A stretch of 64,000 bases of DNA from the NCBI GenBank assembly GCA_022711335.1, contig JAKLFF010000003.1, positions 13,508-77,507 on the forward strand, written 5' to 3'. Numbering within the stretch: position 1 is the stretch's first letter; every line of letters begins with the position of its first letter. Source of the DNA: Patescibacteria group bacterium (lineage in GTDB: Bacteria > Patescibacteriota > Minisyncoccia > Moranbacterales > UBA2206). The position numbers were made by a program, and so were the translations under genes. Of the stretch, positions 37,057-46,462 are shown piece after piece. A model generated the notes under the pieces. It saw only the letters and a list, made by a program, of their open reading frames with translations. It searched no databases and had not been told where the DNA came from.

Positions 37057-37824
37057 CTAATTTGAATTACTAATTATTTCAGCAATTTTTATAAACTCGT
37101 GCGGCACCAGCGATTCCCGTCCAACTAAAATCCCGTCCATTTCCGGATCATTGCACAAATTTTTGACTGTCCTTGAATTTACCGATCCGCCATAGAGGAT
37201 TGGAACCTTTTCAGCATATTTCTTCCCAAAACCCTCTACTAAAATTTTTCTAATTAAAACTTTCGCTTCCATAATTTCATGCGCAGTCGGAGTAATGTCG
37301 GTTCCCACCGCCCAAACAGGCTCGTAGGCAACAACGATATTTTCCAGTTTCGGCCGAGTCACGCCTTCGAGCGCTTTTTTCAGCTGCTTGGTAATTACGC
37401 TTAGCATCTGCTGCGTTTCCTTTTCTATCCTGGTCTCCCCGATGCATATTATCGGTTTGAGGTCGGCCTTTACGGCAGACTGGACTTTCAAATTAACCTC
37501 TTCGTTGTTTTCACAAAAATATTTTCTTCTTTCGCTGTGCCCGATTATCACATAATCGCACCCGAAATTTTTGAGCATTGCCCCAGAAATTTCTCCGGTA
37601 TAAGAGCCGGAACCTTCCCAAAACATATTCTGCGCTCCTATTTTAGTTCTTTTGCTCAAGGTTTTTTTAAAAACTTCCAGATGAATAAACGGCGGACATA
37701 AAACTATTTCGCAATCTCCCAATCTCTTCCCGCTGATTTCTTTTTTGAACAATTCAAAATACTTTTCCCGTTCGTCAGAAGACAAAAGATTCATTTTTAA
37801 ATTTCCAACAACTAGTTTACCCAT
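37057..37824 (-). CDS. tpiA: triosephosphate isomerase
   Basis: GNLKMN and GHSERR motifs. Confidence 0.9.
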   Translation of the reverse strand: MGKLVVGNLKMNLLSSDEREKYFELFKKEISGKRLGDCEIVLCPPFIHLEVFKKTLSKRTKIGAQNMFWEGSGSYTGEISGAMLKNFGCDYVIIGHSERRKYFCENNEEVNLKVQSAVKADLKPIICIGETRIEKETQQMLSVITKQLKKALEGVTRPKLENIVVAYEPVWAVGTDITPTAHEIMEAKVLIRKILVEGFGKKYAEKVPILYGGSVNSRTVKNLCNDPEMDGILVGRESLVPHEFIKIAEIISNSN

Positions 37825-37883
37825 AACTTTATATTTTCCACTATTAGTTTTTGCATAATATTTTTTGAATTTGAGATTTATTT

Positions 37884-38519
37884 TTAATTTGGGATTTGAG
37901 ATTTGGAATTTCTAATATTCAAATGCCTTTTAACAAACCAAACAACTCCGATTAGTATTATTGTTCCGATTACCAAATCAAACTTATGAAAATACACTCC
38001 TAGCGTATTCCAATTATCTCCTAATTTTTTTCCGATATAGGCGAGAATAAAGCAGAACGGCAATGATCCAAGAAAAGTATAGGCGATAAACTTGGAAAAA
38101 TTCATTCGAGCAATTCCCGCAGGAAGAGAAATAAAGGTTCTAACTACCGGAAGCATCCGGGAGATAAACACAGCGGCATTTCCATATTTATTGAAAAAGT
38201 TGTCTGCGATATCCAAATCATGATGAGTGACCAGAACATATTTCCCGTATTTTTCCGCCATCGGCCTTCCGCCGTAATATCCAACCCAATATGCCAAAAC
38301 TGATCCGATTACACACCCAGCCGCTCCAGCCAAAGATACTCCGAGAAGCGTAAACTGGCCCGTTGAAACCAAATATCCTGAAAAAGGCATGATTATTTCG
38401 GAAGGCAGCGGAACACAAGCCGATTCAATCGCCATCATAACCGCCACACCGGAATATCCCATGAGAGATATTCCCCAAATGATAAATCCCGCCAGAACTG
38501 AAATAATTTTTTCAATCAT
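37884..38519 (-). CDS. DedA-family membrane protein
   Basis: VTT/DedA domain pattern. Confidence 0.75.
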   Translation of the reverse strand: MIEKIISVLAGFIIWGISLMGYSGVAVMMAIESACVPLPSEIIMPFSGYLVSTGQFTLLGVSLAGAAGCVIGSVLAYWVGYYGGRPMAEKYGKYVLVTHHDLDIADNFFNKYGNAAVFISRMLPVVRTFISLPAGIARMNFSKFIAYTFLGSLPFCFILAYIGKKLGDNWNTLGVYFHKFDLVIGTIILIGVVWFVKRHLNIRNSKSQIPN

Positions 38520-38520
38520 T

Positions 38521-38618
38521 CTTCATGAAACATATAACATGCAACATAAAACAATTATTTTAAGAAAAGCTCCATCTGTTGTTATATGTTATATGCCGTA
38601 TGTTGTATGTTATATGCT
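38521..38618. repeat. Family A palindromic element, abuts the dedA ATG
   Basis: Arms of 8-10-nt units. Central AACAATTATTTTAAG shared with A3. Confidence 0.65.
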
Positions 38619-39620
38619 TCTTAGATATTCCGCCGCATCTTCCGGCCGAATTGTTGAAATCTCAATCCCGGTTGACATTTCCAGTCCCGCCCAGGTGGAT
38701 GTATGCGGGATTATTTCAATATGCCAATGATAATGCGGATAGTCCCGCCCATCGCAGGGCGAAGTATGGACATAAAAATTGTAAGCGGGATCTTTGAGGC
38801 CCTTAAAAATTTTAAAAATAGCTTTCTGCAGAGCCTCACCTGCTTTCACTTTGCTCTCAACCGGCGTCCTTTCGAAATAAGGCTTGTGTTTTTTGGGAAT
38901 AACCCAGGTTTCGAAAGCCATCCTTGAAGCAAACGGACAAAAAACCAGAAATTCATCATTTTCGAAAACAATTCTTTTTCGCTGCTCTGTCTCCCAGTCT
39001 ATCATCGTGCAATAAACACATTTTCTATTTGTTCTATAATAATTTTCCGCGCCGGTAAGCTCCAGGTTTATATAGGGAGATATGACCGGAATAGCTACCA
39101 GCTGCGAATGAGGATGAGAAATTGATGCGCCAGCTTCCACGCCGTGATTATGAAAAATTTCGATAAAATTAACGCTTTTTTTGTTCATAAGGCTGATGTA
39201 GCGGTCCTGATAAGCGTCGAAAATTTCCGCCACCTGATATCCGTCCAGCTCGGCAATCTGCTTTTTATGATCGCGAGTAACAACAATCTCATGGTAGCCG
39301 ACTCCGTCCATCATAAAATAAGGACCCTCTTCAATGTGCTTCACGCGGGCGCCTCTGGAGAAAGCCGGATATTTATTGGGAATAACCCGGAGCGTCCACT
39401 CTCCCTCGGAATTTTGGTACATAAGAACATCTTTTTCCTGCCCGGTTTTTTCCGGACAGCAAAAGAAACACAGCTTGTCCGGATTCTCTTTCATTTCCTG
39501 CCTACCATGTTCGGAAAATTCTTTCGGCCTCTTAGACCTTCCGGTCGCAATTACTACCCAGTCTCCAGTCACCAAATCTTGTCGAAGTTCTGAAATTTTA
39601 TTTTTATTTGTCTCTTCCAT
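38610..39620 (-). CDS. galactose-1-phosphate uridylyltransferase-like (HIT family, HPHSQ)
   Basis: Two half-site HIT motifs. Track ORF to 39680 is translated Family C repeat. True start MEET abuts the repeat. Confidence 0.6.
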   Translation of the reverse strand: MEETNKNKISELRQDLVTGDWVVIATGRSKRPKEFSEHGRQEMKENPDKLCFFCCPEKTGQEKDVLMYQNSEGEWTLRVIPNKYPAFSRGARVKHIEEGPYFMMDGVGYHEIVVTRDHKKQIAELDGYQVAEIFDAYQDRYISLMNKKSVNFIEIFHNHGVEAGASISHPHSQLVAIPVISPYINLELTGAENYYRTNRKCVYCTMIDWETEQRKRIVFENDEFLVFCPFASRMAFETWVIPKKHKPYFERTPVESKVKAGEALQKAIFKIFKGLKDPAYNFYVHTSPCDGRDYPHYHWHIEIIPHTSTWAGLEMSTGIEISTIRPEDAAEYLRSI

Positions 39621-39771
39621 TTTTGTCTGCGAGCGAAGCGAGCAGGTACAAAAATGAGAACCCCGCACCAATTCACTCAAAAGACTTTTTTTATTTTTAA
39701 ATTTAAGCCGTTAGGCGACCACACGCATAAAACTATGCCTGAGTAAAATTAAATTTGGAATTGGTGCGGGG
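39621..39771 (-). repeat. Family C element
   Basis: See copy at 21127-21276. Confidence 0.7.
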
Positions 39772-39785
39772 CAACTTAACAACTT

Positions 39786-40541
39786 TTATTTTCGATCTTT
39801 CAAATTGTACTTTCCTGTCCACAGCCTCATCCTGGTTTTAAATAAATCAATAAGCACCTGGGTATACCCATTTGGACCGGTAAGTTTCACAGTAGAGCCT
39901 TCTTCATTAAGCCATCTAACCGGCATTTGCTTTATTTTAAAGCCTAATTTTTTCGCAAGAACAATAAGCTCAAAATCGAAACCGAAACGATCCACTACCA
40001 TCCGGCTGGCCACTGCCTCGGCCGCTTTCGCATTTAGCATTTTAAAACCGCATTGCGTATCCGGATAGCTCCAAAGCCCTAAAACTATTCTAATCGCCCA
40101 GTTTCCTGAATCTCCAAAAATTTCTTTCCACTTGGCCTGATGCACTTGCACAAAAGCGCCCTTAATATCGCGAGATCCGATTACGACATCATAGCCATTT
40201 TTAAACTCCGGTAAAAATGCATCCAGATGCGTAATTGACGTTGATCCGTCCGCATCTAAAAACAGCCTTACCTCTCCATTGGACTCCAAAAGCCCCTGGC
40301 GGATTCCATATCCCTTGCCATGATTTTCCTTGTTATCGAAAAATCTCAGGTTATTGATTTTGCCTTCGTAGCTCCTTACCACTTCGGCTGTTTTGTCCGG
40401 AGATCCGTCGTTGACTATTACAAATTCATAAGTAAAGCCTTTGGACTTCAAAAATTCGTCCATTTCGATAAGATTCTTACCAATTCTTTTTTCCTCTTTG
40501 TAGGCAGAGATAATAACGGACAGATATGGTTTTTGATCCAT
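39786..40541 (-). CDS. family 2 glycosyltransferase
   Basis: GT-A motifs. Confidence 0.8.
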   Translation of the reverse strand: MDQKPYLSVIISAYKEEKRIGKNLIEMDEFLKSKGFTYEFVIVNDGSPDKTAEVVRSYEGKINNLRFFDNKENHGKGYGIRQGLLESNGEVRLFLDADGSTSITHLDAFLPEFKNGYDVVIGSRDIKGAFVQVHQAKWKEIFGDSGNWAIRIVLGLWSYPDTQCGFKMLNAKAAEAVASRMVVDRFGFDFELIVLAKKLGFKIKQMPVRWLNEEGSTVKLTGPNGYTQVLIDLFKTRMRLWTGKYNLKDRK

Positions 40542-40589
40542 TTTTTTCTAAATATTAATGGTTATTTCTAAGGTTATTGTACCACAACT

Positions 40590-40710
40590 TCATGAAACAT
40601 GGAACATAAAGCATATAACATAAAACATAGAACATATAACATGAAACAATTATTTTAAGGGAAACTCCGTCTTGTTGCTATATGCTATATGTTTTATGTT
40701 CTATGATTTA
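40590..40710. repeat. Family A palindromic element
   Basis: Shares the central spacer with A2. Confidence 0.65.
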
Positions 40711-41117
40711 TCCAACCACGATTGCAGAATTATTCTGGCCGCTTCCTGATCATCCTGGTTCTTCACATGCTTCACTCCCCGTTCAATAAGATTATCCTGA
40801 GCCATTTTAGTCGTAAACATTTCGTTTTGATATTCTATATCAATATCAACCAGTTTTTTAATTAGTTTTCCCAAATGCTCTCCTTCGTATTCAACGTTTT
40901 CTTTGTTGATATAAGCCGGAAAACCAATTATAATTTTGTTAATACTGTTTTCTTGAATTATTTTAACCAGTTTTTGTAAAAAATCCTTATCATTGTCAAT
41001 TGTAGTATAGGCAAAAGCGATTTTGGTTTCGGAGTCTGCCATAGCCAAGCCAACCTTGGATCTCCCAAAATCTATGCCCAGATAGTGGCTTGTTTTAGGA
41101 TCGTTTGACTCTGTCAT
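40701..41117 (-). CDS. ruvX: Holliday junction resolvase-like RuvX/YqgF
   Basis: HYLGIDFG N-terminus. Confidence 0.85.
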   Translation of the reverse strand: MTESNDPKTSHYLGIDFGRSKVGLAMADSETKIAFAYTTIDNDKDFLQKLVKIIQENSINKIIIGFPAYINKENVEYEGEHLGKLIKKLVDIDIEYQNEMFTTKMAQDNLIERGVKHVKNQDDQEAARIILQSWLDKS

Positions 41118-41203
41118 TGACTTTTTGGTAAATTTGGTGTATAATTAAAAGTTAGTGTTTGCAGTGTCTGTTTTTGTTTATTTCTTGTTTAGGGGAGGAA
41201 AAA

Positions 41204-41302
41204 ATGGACCATAGTTTTTTGAAATTTTTTAGTAGGATCGGCTTGTCTTTCGGGCTGGCCTGTCTGGCTGGCCCTATCGTTTTTAAGTTTTTCTTACCAT
41301 AA
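41204..41302 (+). CDS. 32-aa hydrophobic peptide
   Basis: Strong SD AGGGGAGG before the ATG. Not present in the ORF track because it is under 60 aa. Confidence 0.3.
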   Translation: MDHSFLKFFSRIGLSFGLACLAGPIVFKFFLP

Positions 41303-41310
41303 AGGAGGTA

Positions 41311-41538
41311 TTGATGTTAAAGTATGCTGTTTTTTATTTACTGTTTATCGGATTTTTTATTTTCGGAATTTTTGGTATTGATGCCACATGGCATAAGTGG
41401 CATTTGCACCAGTCGGTTGCGGGAGATTTTGAGTCTTCTGTCTACTGGGTTCTCATGTTAATCTGCGGATTCGGCGCATGGATTGTATCCAAGTATCTGC
41501 GTCCACGCCGGAATCGCTACGTCGCCTGGCGCGAATAG
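41311..41538 (+). CDS. 75-aa membrane protein with two TM helices
   Basis: SD AAAGGAGG, directly follows the 32-aa ORF. Terminator downstream. Confidence 0.4.
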   Translation: MMLKYAVFYLLFIGFFIFGIFGIDATWHKWHLHQSVAGDFESSVYWVLMLICGFGAWIVSKYLRPRRNRYVAWRE

Positions 41539-41582
41539 TGCCAGAACCGCTACTGAAATATCGCAACATCGCAGCAGCGTTA

Positions 41583-41632
41583 AAGCCCCTGTTCCAATTT
41601 TCATCGGAACCGCTCAGGGGCTTTTTATTTTT
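41583..41632 (+). terminator. intrinsic terminator of the small-peptide operon
   Basis: AAGCCCCTG..CAGGGGCTTTTTATTTTT. Confidence 0.55.
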
Positions 41633-41676
41633 GAATTTTGATTTGTCATTTTGACTTTTGATTTTTGAATTTTGAA

Positions 41677-42438
41677 TTATCTGGTAAGTATTTCACACCC
41701 ATTTCTGGTCACAACTACCGTATCTTCAAAATGTGCGGAGAGTTTTCCGTCTTTCGTTACATATGTCCAACCGTCTTCCATCAGCTTTATATACCTCGTC
41801 CCTTCGTTTATCATCGGCTCAAGCGCCAGCGTCATTCCCTCTTTTAGAATTATATCCTTTTCATTCGACTTGAAATTGGGAATCTGCGGATCTTCATGAA
41901 GTTCCCGCCCGACGCCATGCCCTACCAGTTCTCGAACAGCTGAAAATCCGTGCGATCTCACATAGCCGTCCACCGCAATGGAGTATTCGCTAAGTTTCGC
42001 ACCGGCTTTTATTTTGGAAATTCCCTGTTCCAAGCTTTCTTTGGTAACTTTCAGCAATTTATAGGCATTGGGTGCGATTTTTCCACAAGGGAAAGTTCGC
42101 GACATATCGGTTATCATTCCTTCATATTTCATCCCGATATCGATTTTCACTATATCGCCTGATTTCAAAACTCGGTCCTTGCTTGGAATCCCATGGACAA
42201 TTTCGCTGTTGATCGAAGTGCAGACCGCTCCCGGATAAGGATTGTCCCGATCGCCATAACCTTCGAAAACCGCAATGCCCTCAATTTCAAAAACAAGCTC
42301 GCGAGCGAGCTTATCAATTTCATGAGTGTTTTCTCCCGGCACAATTTTTTTCTCAATTTCTCCCATAATTCTGGCTAGTTCTTGCCCGCCTCTTCTCATG
42401 GCTTCTATTTCTTTTTCAGTTTTGACGATAATGCTCAT
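41677..42438 (-). CDS. map: methionine aminopeptidase type I
   Basis: Metal-ligand motifs. Confidence 0.95.
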   Translation of the reverse strand: MSIIVKTEKEIEAMRRGGQELARIMGEIEKKIVPGENTHEIDKLARELVFEIEGIAVFEGYGDRDNPYPGAVCTSINSEIVHGIPSKDRVLKSGDIVKIDIGMKYEGMITDMSRTFPCGKIAPNAYKLLKVTKESLEQGISKIKAGAKLSEYSIAVDGYVRSHGFSAVRELVGHGVGRELHEDPQIPNFKSNEKDIILKEGMTLALEPMINEGTRYIKLMEDGWTYVTKDGKLSAHFEDTVVVTRNGCEILTR

Positions 42439-43094
42439 TTTTCGACTATATCCTTAATTTTCACTAGTATTTCCTCAAAAACTTTTTCGATAGATTGATC
42501 CCCGTTTATCTCTGCTAATTTTCCCTGCTTTTTATAATAATTTACTACCGGTACCGTTTCTTCCTTAAAAATACCCAGCCGCTTTCTGACTCCCTCTTCG
42601 CTGTCATCCGGACGAAGAATTATTTGTCCCCCGCATTTGGGGCAAGTTTTTTTTTCATCTTCGATATCTTTTCCCAAAATATAAGTTGTTTTGCACTTTT
42701 CACAAATTCTTCTGGCAGATATTCTTTTTATCGATTCTTTTTCTGATAAATCGATAGTCACTATTTTGTCGATTTTTCTTCCAAATTCAAGCATAGCTTC
42801 CTCAAAGTACGCCATCTGATCTTCTCTTCTCGGCACTCCGTCAAAAACAATTCCTTTTTCGCGCCCAAGATCCTGTAATTTCACATGAAGCACCTTCTTT
42901 AGAATTTTATCATCAACCAGCTCTTTTTTTATATTTATAATTTCGTTTATTTCCTTCCCGAGAGGAGTATCCAAAAGCGCCACTTCGCGCAAAAACTTCC
43001 CCATGTCAATATGCTCTAAATCAAACTTCTCGGCTAATTTTTCCGCCTGAGTTCCTTTTCCAGACCCTTGCGGCCCTAATATTACTAAATTCAT
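42435..43094 (-). CDS. adk: adenylate kinase with zinc lid
   Basis: GPQGSGKGTQ motif and CEKC..CPKC lid. Track N-terminus to 43115 is translated A repeat. Confidence 0.95.
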   Translation of the reverse strand: MNLVILGPQGSGKGTQAEKLAEKFDLEHIDMGKFLREVALLDTPLGKEINEIINIKKELVDDKILKKVLHVKLQDLGREKGIVFDGVPRREDQMAYFEEAMLEFGRKIDKIVTIDLSEKESIKRISARRICEKCKTTYILGKDIEDEKKTCPKCGGQIILRPDDSEEGVRKRLGIFKEETVPVVNYYKKQGKLAEINGDQSIEKVFEEILVKIKDIVEK

Positions 43095-43163
43095 GAAACA
43101 TGGAACATGGAACATGGAACAATTTTATATTTTTGTTTCATGTTATATGTTTTATGTTATATG
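43095..43163. repeat. Family A palindromic element between secY and adk
   Basis: CATGGAACAT x3 and ATGTTATATG arms. Confidence 0.65.
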
Positions 43164-43164
43164 G

Positions 43165-44442
43165 CTAGAATCCTTCATAATCCCGCATCACCAGCTGGCC
43201 TTCAATCTGTTTCATAGTTTCAATCACCACTGAAACAACGATGAGAAGTCCAGTGCCCCCGATAGAAACCTGTTGAATGCTGGTAAAACTTTGGACGATA
43301 AAGGGCAAAATAGCGATAAGCCCCAAAAAAACCGAACCTGACAGAGTCACTCGGTTCATTATTTTGTAAAGGTATTCGGCCGTATTTTTCCCCGGACGGA
43401 TTCCAGGGACATATCCGCCTTGTTTTTGAAGGCTTTCAGAAATTTTGTTCGGATCAAAAACCACCGCCGTATAAAAATAAGTAAAGGCCACTACCAGCAA
43501 AAAATAAATTCCCCAATAAAGCCAGCTGGAGGGAGAAAGAAGCACAGAAGCCTTGCTCGCAATAGCTGCAATAGCTGTTCCTTCGTATTTTGTCGCCAAA
43601 AATCCGGAAATCATTCCCGGAAAAAGCATTATGGAAAGAGCGAAGATAATGGGAATAACTCCAGCCTGATTGATACGAAGAGGAAGATGGGTCGAAGTTC
43701 CGCCATACATTTTATTACCTCGAATCCTTTTCGCATAGGAAACGGGAATGTTTCTCTGGCCTTCTGTCATGAAAACCACCGCTCCAATAGCTCCGATTAT
43801 CACCGCCAAAAAAATCAGATAAGTAAAAATCTTGGAAGAATCCATGGTGGCATATAAATTGACCGCGGATGAAGGAATTCCGGAAACAATTCCAGCAAAG
43901 ATAATAAGCGAAACTCCGTTTCCAATGCCTTTTTCCGTGATAAGCTCTCCCAGCCACATGAGAAATACGGTTCCGGCGGTCGCAACAATTATTATCGCAA
44001 AAATATCGGAAAATCCCGCATCTGCTATGATGTTTTGGGATCTAAAAAGCGCAATCATGCCAAATGTCTGCATGGCCGCCAAGGGAACAGTGAGCCATCT
44101 TGTCCACTGGTTGAATTTCTGCCTTCCGGCTTCCCCCTCTTCCTTGTATATTTGCTCGAGCCGCGGAATAATCATGGTAAGAAGCTGCATTATGATTGAA
44201 GAAGTAATGTAGGGTCCGACTCCCAAAAGCACGATTGAAATACTTGAAAGGCCGTTTCCGGAAAAAAGGTTAAGAAGCCCGAAAAACTGATTATTTTCAA
44301 AAAACATTTTAAGCCTTTCTTGATCTACTCCCGGAATAGGAATGTTGGCTGCCAGACGAAAAACCACAAGCAGAGCCAGAATGAAAATTATCTTGTTTCT
44401 AAGCTCCCTTATTTTGAAGATTTGTGTAACTTTTTCAAACAT
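43165..44442 (-). CDS. secY: preprotein translocase SecY
   Basis: 10-TM SecY pattern. Confidence 0.95.
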   Translation of the reverse strand: MFEKVTQIFKIRELRNKIIFILALLVVFRLAANIPIPGVDQERLKMFFENNQFFGLLNLFSGNGLSSISIVLLGVGPYITSSIIMQLLTMIIPRLEQIYKEEGEAGRQKFNQWTRWLTVPLAAMQTFGMIALFRSQNIIADAGFSDIFAIIIVATAGTVFLMWLGELITEKGIGNGVSLIIFAGIVSGIPSSAVNLYATMDSSKIFTYLIFLAVIIGAIGAVVFMTEGQRNIPVSYAKRIRGNKMYGGTSTHLPLRINQAGVIPIIFALSIMLFPGMISGFLATKYEGTAIAAIASKASVLLSPSSWLYWGIYFLLVVAFTYFYTAVVFDPNKISESLQKQGGYVPGIRPGKNTAEYLYKIMNRVTLSGSVFLGLIAILPFIVQSFTSIQQVSIGGTGLLIVVSVVIETMKQIEGQLVMRDYEGF

Positions 44443-44543
44443 ATTTCAAGCTAAAAATTAAAAGCTACAGCTGAAAGCTAAAAAATGGCAATGAAAGTCA
44501 AGAACTCTTAATTTTAAACTTCTAACTTTAACTATATTTTTAT

Positions 44544-44963
44544 CTATTTTTCAACTGTCTCTTTAACTGATTTGCTAAGAAGGATTTTTTTATCGAAAGA
44601 AAGCTTGATTTTGATGTCTTTTCCTCCCAAGACTTTAATTCCGTTCTTTGCTTCCATTTTATCAACTAATCCGGCTTTAATCAAAGATTCGGCACTAACT
44701 AGATCTCCGCTTTTGAATTTTTTGGAAATATTTTCCAGATTTATAATGGCTTTTTTACAGTTAAGCGCCTTAAATCCCCTCTTTTTTTTCATATGATCAA
44801 TAAGCGTCGAGCGTCCGCCTTCAAAGAGAGGATCTACTTTTGCTCCGCTTCTGGCTTTTTGCCCTTTGTTTCCTTTACCTGAATATGTGCCTTTTTTACC
44901 TCCTCGTCCGATTGTCTTTCTTTTCTTTCTACGATTTTTAAGTTTTAAACTATTTATCTGCAT
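44544..44963 (-). CDS. rplO: ribosomal protein L15
   Basis: Gly/Lys-rich N-terminus. Confidence 0.9.
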   Translation of the reverse strand: MQINSLKLKNRRKKRKTIGRGGKKGTYSGKGNKGQKARSGAKVDPLFEGGRSTLIDHMKKKRGFKALNCKKAIINLENISKKFKSGDLVSAESLIKAGLVDKMEAKNGIKVLGGKDIKIKLSFDKKILLSKSVKETVEK

Positions 44964-44977
44964 TTGTTTGAAATAAA

Positions 44978-45487
44978 TTATTCTCCTACTTTTTTAATTC
45001 CCATCCTTTCCGATCTGGTTCTGGAATTTCCGAAAGAATTAAGAGCAAAAAGTGTTGCTCTGGCGACATTGAGCTTGTTGGATGTTCCTAACGATTTTGA
45101 AACAATGTCTTTTATCCCGGCAAACTCGACTACCGTTCGCACCGCTCCTCCAGCCACAATTCCCCTTCCAACCTTTGCCGGCTTCAAAATAATCTTGACG
45201 CTTCCCTGCTTCAAAAAAATTTCGTGAGGAATAGTATTTTTGCTGATTTTTATGAAAATCATATTTTTCTTGGCATTATCAAAAGCCTTCTTAATTGAAT
45301 CAGAAACATCGGCTCCTTTTCCTGTTCCCACTCCTACCTTCCCTTTCCTGTTTCCAATAACAAGGGACGCCCTAAATCGAAATCGCCTCCCGCCTTTCAC
45401 CATGCGGGTAACTCGCGCCAAATCCAAAAGCTTCTGGTCATACTCGGGTTTTTCACGTTTTGATTTAAATCGTTTGTCTCTGCTCAT
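44978..45487 (-). CDS. rpsE: ribosomal protein S5
   Basis: S5 motifs. Confidence 0.9.
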   Translation of the reverse strand: MSRDKRFKSKREKPEYDQKLLDLARVTRMVKGGRRFRFRASLVIGNRKGKVGVGTGKGADVSDSIKKAFDNAKKNMIFIKISKNTIPHEIFLKQGSVKIILKPAKVGRGIVAGGAVRTVVEFAGIKDIVSKSLGTSNKLNVARATLFALNSFGNSRTRSERMGIKKVGE

Positions 45488-45500
45488 TAATTTAATTTTA

Positions 45501-45845
45501 TTAGAATTTTATCCCCACTTCTCTGGCGCCCTCCGCCAAAGCCTTCACTTTCCCATGATATTTATAGCCTGATCTGTCAAATACCGCTTCCTTTATTTTT
45601 ATCTCCAGGCATTTTTTAGCGATCAGCTTTCCTAAAATTCTGGCTCCCTCTATATTATTTTTTGCTTTAGCTGATTTAGTATCACCGAAAACTAAGGTAT
45701 TTCCTTTTAAATCATCAATTACCTGGACCTCCATTCTTTTGAGACTTCTGAAAACCGACATTCTCGGTCTTTTTGTAGTACCAAAAACCTTGGCTCGAAT
45801 GCGCCTCTTTCTGTGCAATCTTAACTTATTTCTGCTCTTTATCAT
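45501..45845 (-). CDS. rplR: ribosomal protein L18
   Basis: L18 pattern. Confidence 0.9.
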   Translation of the reverse strand: MIKSRNKLRLHRKRRIRAKVFGTTKRPRMSVFRSLKRMEVQVIDDLKGNTLVFGDTKSAKAKNNIEGARILGKLIAKKCLEIKIKEAVFDRSGYKYHGKVKALAEGAREVGIKF

Positions 45846-45868
45846 AATTTTCTTTCTCTATAAATTAC

Positions 45869-46423
45869 TTATTTTGCCGTTCCGGCTTTCTTTCCAACTT
45901 TCCTTCTCACTTTTTCTCCCTGATATCTGAATCCTTTTCCTTTATACGGTTCAGCTTTTTTCAAAGACCGAATTTCCGCCGCAAACTGCCCAACCGCTTG
46001 TTTGTCAATTCCTGTTATAGAAAGCACGTTATTTTCTTCTATTTTAGCATTGATACCTTCAGGAACCATAACTTCCACCGGATGAGAAAATCCAAGAGCC
46101 ATTACTATTTTATTTCCCTGGACAGACATCCGAAATCCTACTCCTTGCAGTTCCAGTTTCTTTTCATATCCTTCCTTCACTCCGATTATCATATTGTTTA
46201 TAAGGGAACGGGTAAGCCCCCAGACAGCTGCCGCCAGCTTTGATTTATCATTCTCACTGAATTTTTTGACAGCTATCGTCTTTTCGGAAACTTCAACTTT
46301 CGCTTTCTCATGAATATCCAAACTTAAGGTCCCCTTGGGCCCTTTTGCTTCGATGTGGTTCTTTTCGAGTTTTACCTCTACTCCATCTGGTATTTCTATT
46401 ATCTTTTTTCCGATTTTTGACAT
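45869..46423 (-). CDS. rplF: ribosomal protein L6
   Basis: L6 pattern. Confidence 0.9.
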   Translation of the reverse strand: MSKIGKKIIEIPDGVEVKLEKNHIEAKGPKGTLSLDIHEKAKVEVSEKTIAVKKFSENDKSKLAAAVWGLTRSLINNMIIGVKEGYEKKLELQGVGFRMSVQGNKIVMALGFSHPVEVMVPEGINAKIEENNVLSITGIDKQAVGQFAAEIRSLKKAEPYKGKGFRYQGEKVRRKVGKKAGTAK

Positions 46424-46462
46424 AACTTTTTCTTAAAACTAATTTTAGCGGCTTCGCTTAGC

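Noticed and set aside
38521-38640. ORFs translating as MLYVICYMLYV... at several loci
   Set aside because: They are read-throughs of the ATGTTATATG tandem units of Family A repeats, not genes.
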